Below are positions 1 through 12,300 of a stretch of 64,000 nucleotides of DNA, in pieces; position 1 is the stretch's first letter, and the number at the start of each line of letters is the position of its first letter. The stretch is from Ascidiella aspersa (lineage: Eukaryota): the NCBI GenBank assembly GCA_963924565.1, contig OZ004612.1, forward strand, positions 25,358,001-25,422,000, in the 5' to 3' direction. The notes beneath the pieces were generated by a model. The model was not told where the DNA came from and searched no databases. It saw only the letters and a program-made list of their open reading frames with translations. Position numbers and translations under genes: made by a program.

Positions 1-53
1 AAAGAAGCCACATATATAAAATACATATTAAGATGTAACAAGTTTCAACAAAC

Positions 54-333
54 CTGGCTGCGTCGCACAAACTCGAGGAACTGGTTGTTGAGCGTTTCGT
101 CATCAATTCCGTGATCCGTCGAGATGGCAACATTGAGGATGTGGATTGGTTCATCACTAGCGCTGCTCAGGGATGTCGTGTCCTCATCTTTGGAGGAGGA
201 TGTCGATCCGAGACGGAAGGAGTTGGAGTGAGCGAGCGTGGAGGAGGTGGAAGTGGAGGAGTGAGCCTCGAAGGAGATGGGCGAGTCGGGAGGTGAAGCG
301 TTGCTGAAGCAGGTTAGGATTGACTGGAAGTGC
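54..333 (-). CDS. ACACA: ACC exon (HFQSIL...[10 protein letters not shown]...RRSQ)
   Basis: [10 protein letters not shown] motif; Ser-rich insert; splice sites. Confidence 0.92.
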
Positions 334-3300
334 CTGGTTGGAAGAGTAGGTTAAGTTTAGTGGCGGAATACAATGCTCTAAGCCCGTGGTTCCCAAACTT
401 TTTTGGCTCGCGGCACACTAAAAAATCTTAAATATTTCGCGGCACACTTTTAACTGAACAACAATAAAGTAATTTTACAATTGCCCTTGAAACAAGACAA
501 ACTTTATGTAAATGTCCCAATATTAATACCTGGTAATGGATAGTCCATGTTTCAGTCTATTTCCGAAATTACCAAAAGTCTCGAGGCACACTAGTGTGTC
601 AAGACACACATTTCGTGAAAAACATATTTCGTCCCTGGTATGAATTCAAGGTTCGGTTTACTGAATGAACTTAGTTTAAGTGGTGATTAGGGATATTAGA
701 TATTTGAATATTTCAAGTTGATAGCGATTCCCGATATTTTGGGTTTACTGGCGGAATACAATGCACTAAGCTCTAATGCTAAGCAGCAATTGTGACTTGG
801 GAGTAATTTTGTCAGTTTTCTAAGCGCAAAACATATTTTGTTGCTGTTGTGAATTTAAGGTTGGGTTTATTGAAGGAATTGAGACTTTTAGATTAACAAA
901 GATATCGAACGGCTCTTACTCCTTGAAGGAGGGGAAATCTGTGAACGCGGCCATGATGCCCATGCGTTGGCAGGGGGGTAACAAGGAGGGGTCGAAACTG
1001 TTGAGCCCCTCACCCACGCTTGCAACCTTGGGTAGCGAGGAAGTGCTCGGGATCTGGTATTCGCGCTGGTGCATTCTGAAACATTAAAATGGTATTCATT
1101 GCTAGTTGTGTTGCTTTAAAGGTAAATGCTATGTTACCGACACCCTTATCGTTTCGCTGTTGATGTTTTTCTTGCTCTATTTTCACAAATAACAAACCGA
1201 TTTAGCAGGTTTTAAAGGAATCTAGAGTGCTGTTTTAAAAAGAGTAACTTATTCGATTTACTTATAATTACTTAAAACATAGCGAAAAAGGCTGTTATAA
1301 AATAATAGAGAATCCCATGAAACAGTTTTACTTGGCTTTATGCAAACAAAAAGTGCCGAAAATACCAACAAGCACACGGAGATCCTTGACAACGTTTTTT
1401 TTGCTAGGCAAAATATTTTTAAATATCCTATACCTTTTTACAATAAAATATTAAAGCAAATTACCATTTAAATAGCTAAACCGTTTTCTCATCAAAAAAC
1501 ATGCAAAACTACTATTCAAACAAATTATTTTTAACAGGGGAATCGTAAAACCTAATGAAATTTAAATTGCTTACCTGTTTGGATGGCTTGTGGGCAGCAT
1601 GAACTGGAACTCCAGCACACAGTTGCTGTTACCGATCTCATGATGCTGAACACTGTTTAGTTCGTACGCGATATAAGATCGTCTCACGTACACCTGAAAG
1701 TACAATAACGTTGGGCTTACGCATTTACTGGACCTGTTTGATGTATATTTGGGTTTAGATACAAGTTAGAGTGAAAAACTTTTCAAAATCACTCTAAAGC
1801 TTAGGTAGTTATTACAGTATTTCTGTAATATTATGCGTCAAAATATGTTTTACAGTTGATTGTTAGTAGGCGCATTGCAATGACGTTCGGCTTACGCATT
1901 TACTGGGCCTATTTGATGTAGATTTGGGTTTTACATACAAGTTACAGCGAAAATCGCTCTAAAATACCTAGTAAAATTTGGCAGTTGTGGCATTTTTTCA
2001 TACTATGCGTCAAAATCTGTTTTAAAGGTGAGCGCTAGCGTCACATTGGGTGAGATGGAACAATACGACTCTTTCGCAAGATGGTAAAATTACTGACCCC
2101 AAAGTAATGTATTAATTCCTTTTGCTTTTCTACACAGAACCCAAAAAATTACTATAGGTAACAATTGCACGGCTTAACAAATGGCTTACAACTCACAACG
2201 CATGCGGTGATATTTAAAATATTAAAGCAAGTAAGGTTTATCGATTTTACCTCGAAGGCTGCCATCCTGACGACCGGGTTTTTGTGGTAGAAGAAATCAG
2301 GGAGGACGTCGAAGATTGTCGTCTCAGAGAAGATCAGCTTCTTGAGATTCTCCGGGCAGAACTCGGTGCCGTAAGATCCGATTGAAGAGAGGAAGATTGA
2401 CTCAACCTGGAGAAAAAAAAAACTTATTAACTGATTTTTGTTAATTTGGACAAAAATTACAATTTTCTTGCAAATAACAGAATATGCCTGAAGCCAAATG
2501 TTTTTAAACAAACGATTCTAGTTGTACAAAAAACTTGAATTAGACATTTATTTGATTTTTAGCAAGTCGTAAACGATAAAGTGCTTTAAATCCACGATTT
2601 TAAAACAATATGCCACCAACTAAACCCTTTAAAACTTTCTAGTTTCTTCCCAAATTATTTTCTTGATTTTAAAATCTTTATAATAAATGTATAATTTTAT
2701 GCATCTTTATCTGTATTTATTATAATGTTGATAGTTTGGGCAAATCCTAATTCAAACCAAATTGGTATATAGATGTTTGTTACAACAAGGCAACATACCA
2801 GGCCAGACGCTTGCCTGATATGATAAACATTGTTAAAAAAGCAATACGAATCATGGCAGTTTATAAATAATTTAAAACAAAAAGCACCTGGCTATGCCTC
2901 ATCTCGTATGGTGGCTGATGGGCGACGATGAGCACTTGTCTGGCGCGCAAGGCCACCTTCGAGTTGTCGTGCTTGCTCAGCTTGGCAAGCTGCTCCAGCA
3001 CCTCGCTTACATCATCAGGAAGGGAGTGGTCACGACCGGACACTGAGTTCTAAATGAGAAGTGTCGGGTTATACATGGCTGATATTTTACCCCTTGGGGG
3101 TCCGTGAACTAGATTTAGGGGGTCCATGAGGGCCTAATTCAAATGTTAGTGTATATTTAGGAAGTAATCATTTTTTTTTAGAAAAAAAGTTTAATCAAAA
3201 ACAAAACGTTTTATCACTAATAAGGATTTCGACTCCGTTCCACTCACACATTTTTAGATCAAGGTGAGCAGCAGATTTCTGTAGTTTATTTGTATTTTGA

Positions 3301-6300
3301 CGTCAATTTATGTCGTCATGTATCATCGCTTGAAACTTTTCTTGCCTACCGTGGTCCACGCGAAGCAAAAATTAAATTAGGGGCCAGCGGTAACAAAAGT
3401 TTAAGAAACCCTGTTCTAGATGAAGCAGGACGACCACGTATAACTACCCGATTTCCGAGTCCAACGTGCGTATGCGCAGTACCAAATATCGAAACTGAAA
3501 GTGCCGCAATTTATAAATTGTTGTGGTGGAATAATAATAATTTTTCAACCATATATTGTTGGTGGATGAATTATATGACACCTTTATGAGTGGAATGCTG
3601 TATATCCACCTTAACTAAGTTACGTAAATGGGTAAAATACAGGCTGTAGAGTCGGACTAGACAAAATCGCACATTTGGCCGGACTCGGGTTTATTTTTTT
3701 CACCGGAATCGGGCTCGGGTTATTTTTAACCCAATCCGCAGCCCTGGTTTAAACCGAAACAAGCCTAACCGCTAAACACATTCGCCCCCTGCACTTACAA
3801 TAAGCTGAATGACGAGAAGGTTCTTCTTGTGTACGCTGGCGTGCGAAAGGACGTCGTCGACCAACTGCTTCGTTCGTTCTTTGCTCTTGTCGCGCAGTGC
3901 GATCACGCATTTGTCGAATGATCCGTGCTGGAATTGCGCCTCGACGCGACCGTACTCGAGAATGAGAGAGAGGATGACGGACTTCAAATGGCCGCGAATA
4001 CCGCTGCTGAAGCTGAACGGGAAAAATGGGTAAGGTTTTTAAGCGGACCCTGGTGGAAATGGGGCCTTGTTTAAAGGTGGTAAATGGTGTATTGGAGGAA
4101 TTATTTTAGAATTAGCGAGATAAAGAAAGACTTTTGGTGGGCGCGGAATACGCTGTTAACGATTGGAAAGAAAAATACGAACCTGGATGTTGATTAAATG
4201 TTGGAAGTTTGTTCGGAATATTCAGAAAAAAAGGGAAGAACAAGCATATTTAAACATTTAAAATATTTTTTGTTTTTATTAAAAATTGTTCTGTGTTCCT
4301 ACTTACCCCTAAAATATCGTTGTTACAAAATAAACAAATGGTTCTTTTAATTTTCTAACATTTTTTAACTTCTTTGGGTGTAAAAGTTCGATTTTTTTTA
4401 CGTTTTTTATGAGTTTTGCTTCTAAAGCCTTACCGGTTGACAATCTGCAGAATGGGCTGGGAAACAAAGTATTCGAAATTGTAATTTTTGTTTTAAACTG
4501 GTTAAAGTTCATGCGCAACCTAACTTTACATTTTTCTCCACCTGAGCGGTTGACATTCTACAGAGTGGCTGCGCCTAAAATATATATATATATATAACTA
4601 TACCGGGCACCTGCAGAATCTACTGTGCTAAAATATGTCCAAAAACATACATTTCTTAAGCCTTACCGGTTGACGATTTGCAGAATAGGCTGGGTGCTGA
4701 CGAAGAAGACGTCCTGCTCTGCCTTGCTGCGCATCACAGCCGCAAACGAGTCGATCATGCGTCGTATCTTGGCTCCGGGAAACTGCGACATCATCGATGT
4801 AATGTTGGACGCGTAGCTGGACATCTCGCGACGGATCAGCTGTTCGAGTTTGGGCGGAAGTCGGCCCGAAAGGTTCGTCATCACTTCCTGTTGGTGACGT
4901 CACGAAAAAAGGGGTAACGGGCGTTCGATAGAAAGAAGGGTACCAATAGTGATTGACACGGGAAAGTTATTAGCCGAATTAAACTGGAGCAATTATTGCC
5001 TCTAAGTGTTTCTTTATTGACGCCACATTTTATCTAAAGACAATATTTTTAATATTTTTTGTTTTATTTTAGGTAGACCTTTTGAACGATAAACTGCAAT
5101 CTCTTTTACGTTTTTTTGCCGAAAAACAACCTTTGTAGAAGTAAAAAGTTTACAAGAAATGAAAAATGGCACAACGGACAGAAAATATTTAAGTAATTCT
5201 GTTAATCGTTATGACCCATATTGATTTATTTAGTGGCAACTTTTATTTTTGTATTGAAGTTTCCCTTACTTGAAGCTTTCAACAAACTCAAAAAACAGGA
5301 ATTATATGATTTTTGAAATAATGCTAGTGTAGTCACGATGCTGCATTTTTTGAACGCAATTTAATTAGTATTCGTTTGGAGTTGAAGTACCAAGAGTTGA
5401 AGTATGAAGAACCGCATTCCCCAAAATTTCGCATACAATTTCACAACATTTTCGCTCGATTACCTGTAGTTCGAGTAGCGGCAAGGACGGGTCTTTGAGC
5501 GAGTTGATGAGCATGTTGACCGACTCCTTCATTTTGTCAACGAAGATATCGTCGGGGTGACAGAGACCTTTCATGGTGCACATCAGACGCTTGTGCGCAA
5601 CGCTGAACACCTGCACAATTAACAGAATGTAGCAAGCATTTGCGCATGGTTGTTTCTCGACTTGTGATATCCAAAACGCTTACACTGATTTAGTATCTCA
5701 TAAGCACCCATAAAAAAACCGTTTAAGAAAAGCATTTCACTGCTATATCCAGTGTTAAAAATACCAATTGTTTATGCCAACTATAAGGACTTACCTTGTG
5801 TGACTTCTCGCTGTCAGAAAGGACGTCGGCGCCTTGTACTTGATCCAGCTGTCCTTGAAAGAGGGTTGCTCGCTTAACGCACGTCAAATCGTCAGGCTCA
5901 AGTCTGTCCAAATAAATTAAATGAGAAATTTTGTCTGGCCGCAATCTTGGGGGTTTAAACAGCGAAAAACAGTGTAGGTGATCATTTGTCTTTTCTTTGT
6001 ATAGTGCCAATTGCGTTTAAAATATGTCGGTTTACTGATTTGTTTATATTGCCATTTTTTATTGCATAACAAACCACCACGAAAAAAACAAAATCGTTAA
6101 ATAACTGTAAGTCGACCCTTCTAAAGGCTAAATTCGAAAAGTTAAAATATTTTGGTTTTAGAAGAAGTTAAATCTTTTGGTGAAATGACGTTATCTTTTT
6201 ATCTGACGCTTTTTAATACAAATTGGTCTTAGGTCAGATGGTGGATTTTTTTTCATTACGTCACCTTGCAACGGCGGTTCCGGCCTCCAAAACCGCCCCT

Positions 6301-9300
6301 GGCCTCTTGACGTAGTTGACGGTGCCGCTCTCCGATGCGGTTAGCGACATTACCATCTTCATCACCTCGATTTCAGCGTAGGTTTGACCTGCAATGAAAA
6401 ACGCAACTTTCCTAATATCACCGCAACGTGATCTGTTGTTTTAACATTTGTTTCGACGAGTTGGCTTCTAAAACCTTTTGAGTTTCATTACCTCTGACTG
6501 ACGAATCTTAATACAGTTTCCTTTCCCTTTAGGAACATTATAAAGTTATATGATGTGCAATCAATAAAATAATAAAACTAAAATTTTGCATTTAAATAGG
6601 GTTGGCAAGCCTGTCAATTGACCGGTCAAATACGGTCAATTGACCGGACAATTGACCGCAGTTTATTTAACCGGTCAAATACTAACATTCGATTCAAATA
6701 GAGTAAATTTTTTAAGGGTTGTTTTGTGATTTGAGTTGTTAATAATCTTGATTGTAACTTTTTTAAAGAATTCAAATATAAAATTGTAGGGTTTACCTGC
6801 AAACACATATTCTGTGGTAATAACAAAGTGTTTATAAAAGTAAAGTAGATTTATTTTGTTTAGAACTTTAGAATAAATGCACGTATATGATGAATCGCGT
6901 TTGTCATAAAAGGAAACACTAGTTGGGGTATACCACAATCTTAGGCTACTTAAAAATTTAGAAGAACCAAATACCTTGTCTTTAGTGAATCCTGGTGTTG
7001 ATTTAAAAAAATCAGATAGTGACAAAAGTTGTGACGAGGAGTAATAATACTTTTTTACCTGATGCATTTACTTGTTGTTAAATTTCGTTAATAAACTTGG
7101 TGGTTCTAGTAGTGGTAAAAATTGCTACTGTAACTGCTACAGTATTGCTATAAGATGGGCATGGTTTTGCAAAAATTATTATTGATAGTCAAAAATAAAT
7201 TGTTTTTGTTTTACAAACCATTGTATCTGAGCCAAAACGTTCATATATTTATTTAAAGTTATAAAATCAAGGTTTATTTTTAACTTCAATTGCATTATGA
7301 TAGTGTTTATAGTATTTGACCAATATTTGACCTATTTGACGAGTATTTGACCGGTCAATTGACTGGATTTTATTTGACTGGTCAAATGCCCAACCCTACA
7401 TTTAAATATAAAAAAATTAACATTTAACTGATTGTAAAGCTCGACAAATGCTTTCATGAATTACATATATTATATAAATTATTACAAAATCACCCCCATA
7501 AAATAAGCAAACAACCCCTTGGGGGTAATTACCAAAAACTAGGGACCGCCGGTTAAGAATGGAAGCACCAGTTTATATATTTGAGCTTCATTAATATAAT
7601 TCGAAAAATACAGTATAAATGCCATAGTCAACAAAAACATAAAATAAGAATGTAGTTAATGTTTTCTTAGGTGCACATAAAATAAGTCCAAACAGTAGTT
7701 AAAAATAGTTTTCTTTTGGGATTTTTCAATATATAAGTCAAAGTAAAGACTTCGTAGCAGCCCTGTAAGTTGTATATATTTACATTAAAAAAAATAACCT
7801 ATAACATCCCTAAAGTTTAGGATGCATATTACATTTAAGAGCAACTCAAGTATTTCTTTCAGCTAGCCTAACTAACCGGCCAGGATGTGTGCTCCGTCGG
7901 CCACCAAGAAGTTGATCAACTTGCCAGCAGAGGGCGCTCGCAGCACCGACGGGTCGTTTTCTTTCTCGAATTCGCTCGTCTGGTTGTTGATCGTGATCCT
8001 GTACCTGTTCGGTTTCGAAACAATGCGCCATTGTTTACGCTAGCGAGAGTTGTTGTTGTTTGAATTTGCACGTTTATCTATAGCCAGCCCGGAATTGCGT
8101 TAAACCACTTTAATCTCTGTTATGATGTTAAGACTGTTTATCAAAAACTGGTATAAAACATCAAATAATTTCTTGAATATTTTTTACAGAAATTTTATTT
8201 CGCCTTACGAATAGGTATCATAAGTTGCTTAATTTCGAATGACTTTTATCTCTTTTAGAATTTTTTTAAATGTTGAAAAGCGTTTTTGACATAATACTCG
8301 CATTGGTTTTGCTGTGAAATTATTTTTCTAAATAAGGAGAAGTGACTGAGCTAAGGATTTTACACGAGGTCTAGGACTGATATGCTACAAATTACCGACC
8401 ATTACGGCATACCCGTTTATTGCGATAATATCCATTCGGTATTAGTAGAAGTGGTTATGGGATATACTAAAATGCCAATTTAGGTATTTTCTTAAATATA
8501 GTTGTCGTTTAGCTCAAAACGGTGTTTACTATAACGCAAAACTTCCTGTTATGTGTTTCTGTGGTTACGTACTTTCAGTTCATATACGAGGTGTAGTAAG
8601 CGGCGGCGCCTAATGAATCGAATTATCTCAAACAACATTCTCGGGATTTCCTATCTTTGTTTTTGAACATTAAAAGTCGACGACGTTATTAGCATTCAGG
8701 TTTTACGTCAGACTATTGCGAAAGCGAAACGCAAGACAAAGCGGCTTTATTAATTATAAAAATACCAAAGGTTGAACCCTTTTCTGTACAATACGACAAG
8801 GTGAATTTATCCGTTACGACAGGCTGGGATCAAGTTTCGTGCGTGGCGACATACCAGTAATGCCACCAATGGGGTGGGCTGTTCAATACGCGCCCCGGGG
8901 TTACTACGGGTCATTCTGGGCGAAAAGCTACTACAGTTCACGCGTAACACATGTACGGCAATAGCTTTTCCACGACAAGTGTTAGACAAAATACCACGAT
9001 TTTGAGTGTCTTCGAAAAGTAAATGGTGTGCTTTGGTAATACAAAAAACACAGAGAAAAAACACTGCTTTTTATTGCATATTACCGCGTCACATTTTAAT
9101 ATAAATTTTAAGCAGATGAAAAACTCTGCATTAAACTTACTTGTCGACCTCTTCTTTAAGGTATGTGGTTCGACTGATGCCATCCAATGAAAGGAGCAGC
9201 CCTCCATCCGACAACCTGCAAAATAAACAAAAAATACTTTTAAGTTGCAATGATAAATGGTGAAAAGGAAATAGATTAATTTCAGCGAGTCATTTCAAGC

Positions 9301-12300
9301 TCCGTTTCAAATATTGTACGAGAACGCATGAAAAGTCAATAAATCCTTTGTAAAAAGCCTTTTACTAGCTATTAGTTAGTAATTTTAAAATTTTCTCTAT
9401 TAGAATATTTTATTTCAAATTACACCCACTTAAATTAGACCCACTAAAAAAACAAAGAGAAATAATGGACCCCTGAAATTTTGAACAAATTATTTCTGCA
9501 CTGCGTGTGGGCAAAAAGCGTTGATCCAGCAAAGCGGAACAAAAATGCCATTCAAGGGCAGAACACCGATTCAACATAAACCGACAACATTGGATGAGCA
9601 TTACAGCGTTGTGCGGATGACAAAAAACAAGCCGAAAGGCAAAACCTTCCGTTGTATTGCGACTTCCTTCCTTTGCCGTATGCACGGCCAGTTGCAGCTG
9701 TGTTTTGCAATGGAAAAAATTAGGCGTCCGACAGCGGTTTAGGTAGCGGTCTATAATAACGCCGGCAGTTGAGAACCTTGCACTAATGATACTGGATAAA
9801 CAAGGTTTTCACACACTTTTATGGGAAAAAAATCTAAGACATTTAAATTGGTCAAAAGAAATTTCGAAGGTTTTCAAAGACGTAAAATAATTGAACTACT
9901 TGACATGATATTCGATAAAATCGACGTTTCGCCATTTACAGACGTTTCAGCAATAACTCATGCCATCATTGGTGTAAAAATCCAACTGGATTTTTACTTG
10001 GATTTTTATTTTATTTTAACACAGATGATGGCATGAGTTATTGCTGAAACGTCTGTAAATTGCAAACTAGTTTTTGAAATAATTCGAAAATAAAGCAGTT
10101 CAAATGCCGTGGTCAACAAAATAACCATTCGTTTCAAAAAATGTTTTTACAGCGGAACTTTCTTAACACCTAGTTCGAGCAACAAATACAAGACTTCTGG
10201 AAAACGTAAGACCTTTCCATCTGCGAGTCAATTCACAGACGATTCACAGACTCGCAACCCTTAAAAAAACGACACAGGATGATTAACAGACCCAAACTAA
10301 GTTTATCATGGGGTAGGTATTAAAAGCGTTGCGTTTCAACACTGCTATAGTTAATAATATTATCGACATATCCTTAAATACTTATTTATCTAAGCTTTCT
10401 TTTCAGATGTTGTGACTGCGGTTGTGACTGCGGTATTATTCCATGTTAAATAAACTAGGGTTCAGTTTTAAAACCATCGTTCAACTTATTTGACCCTTTT
10501 GTGGTTTGCAAGCCCCTAAAAATGCGCCAGTGATCCCAAAATGGATAAAAAAACTCAAAGAACTTCAACCAGGCTAGTTGTTTTTCTAGCCAGCCTTGCT
10601 TGCATCATTAATCGACAGATTCGTTGAGTATGCGGTGGCTATTTGGTGTTCAAGCATCCTTATAGTAGTATAAGCTTGAATCCTACCTGTAAACGTCCAC
10701 CTCCATACTCCAGTCGTTACACTGGATGAAGTAAGCCGTCTCTGAAGTCTTGGTGGCCTCTAGCACGTACTTGACGCCTTCCGATATCAGCTCCACCGTT
10801 TCACTCGTCTTCAGACTGGCAGGGGTCAGCACTTGACCTCTGCGAGTGGACAGAGGTCGTTTGTTTGGTCAAACACGTGCAAGGGATAATTCGTAACCTC
10901 AAGATTTCTACTAATGCTATGTATTAAAAATACTTGAAGAAGATTAATGCTTATTTACTAACAAAAAATCAGCCAGAGTGATAAGAGGTCGTTTATTTCG
11001 TCAGGGCAAGGTCAAATTGTGTGCGGTTTGACTTTGGAAATTATCTTCTAGAAAATTTTATGATAAATTTATTTTTAAACTTTATTGCTTTTAGAGTTAA
11101 TTTTATTGTGGTGGGCAGAAAAAGTGGGCCACGTTTTCGAATGTTAACCCTAAAGTTTAGCAAGGGAATTTCCAGAAATTTTTTCATCCTGTAGCATTGC
11201 AAACAATTTACTTTAAGAACAGTTGGGTTTAATAAGTGAAATTTTCCGGAATGATCTAACGAAATGACATCTGCGGCAGGTTTTTTCAGAAATCAGGACG
11301 CAATTAATAGGAATTTCAGAAATGTTTCAACAATTTTACCGCAATTTTAAATCACTTGACTACTTTGATCTTTTGCAATTTCTGTGACGGCAACATATTA
11401 GTTGAAAAGCTTACCGTTCAAGCGAATTGAGGTAAAAGTCGAATCTTGCTTGATATTTTGAGTCAGCGATGTGAAGGGTGGTACACACCAGACCCACAGC
11501 AGTACAAGGACGCTCCGACTGAAATCGCAAATGGCATTGATTAAATTATTGACAAAAGCAATCACGGCCATCTATTTTTATGAAATCAATGAGAATGACA
11601 TTCGACAACTTTTTAAATACATTTTTTCAGTTTTTAAAAGATTTACATTTTTTTTAATTTGACTTGTTTTGAATATAGTTCGAAAATAAAACGGTGTAAA
11701 TGCCATGCTCACAAAATGTTTGCCAAACGCATAACTTAAGTTGCGCATAAAACCAATTTAAAAATATCCAGCGACTTGAGAAAATCACAGGGTTTTTAAA
11801 GACATTTAAAAAACCTGAAAAAAAACGTGAAACTGTGAAAACAAAAGAGAGGGGCAGTTATTTGTTCGGAATTAAATTCTATTGATTTTTAACATTGAGC
11901 AACATTTCCTTATAAATTTGCATTTTTTTAGTTTGCACAATTCGTTCAATGTAAGTTTTAAAATAACGACGCATCACAAGAAAATACGCTTTGAAGTTGC
12001 TGCTTTTTCACTATTGCTTTCAACAAAAGGCAGGAAATGGGGTGTTCCTAAAGTTGTGATTTGAAAGCTAATGTTTCGCGTGTGGATAAATCATTATGCT
12101 TGATTTGAGGTAATTTATTTTTTCGTGATTTTTTCGTGGCAACCCTGATCAAGTCGATAGATGAACAATTTGGGGTGCACTCCAATATATTTATTATTAA
12201 ACAATTTATTTATTACGTGTATAGAACAAAGAGTCCCATTTTTTGCGTACAAACGTTAGGAGTGATTTTTTTGAACTGGCCCCGGGTTAGAAGTAATTTT

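Noticed and set aside
6675-7067. 130-aa minus-strand ORF
   Set aside because: AT-rich, inside a hAT MITE, antisense to the transposase relic.
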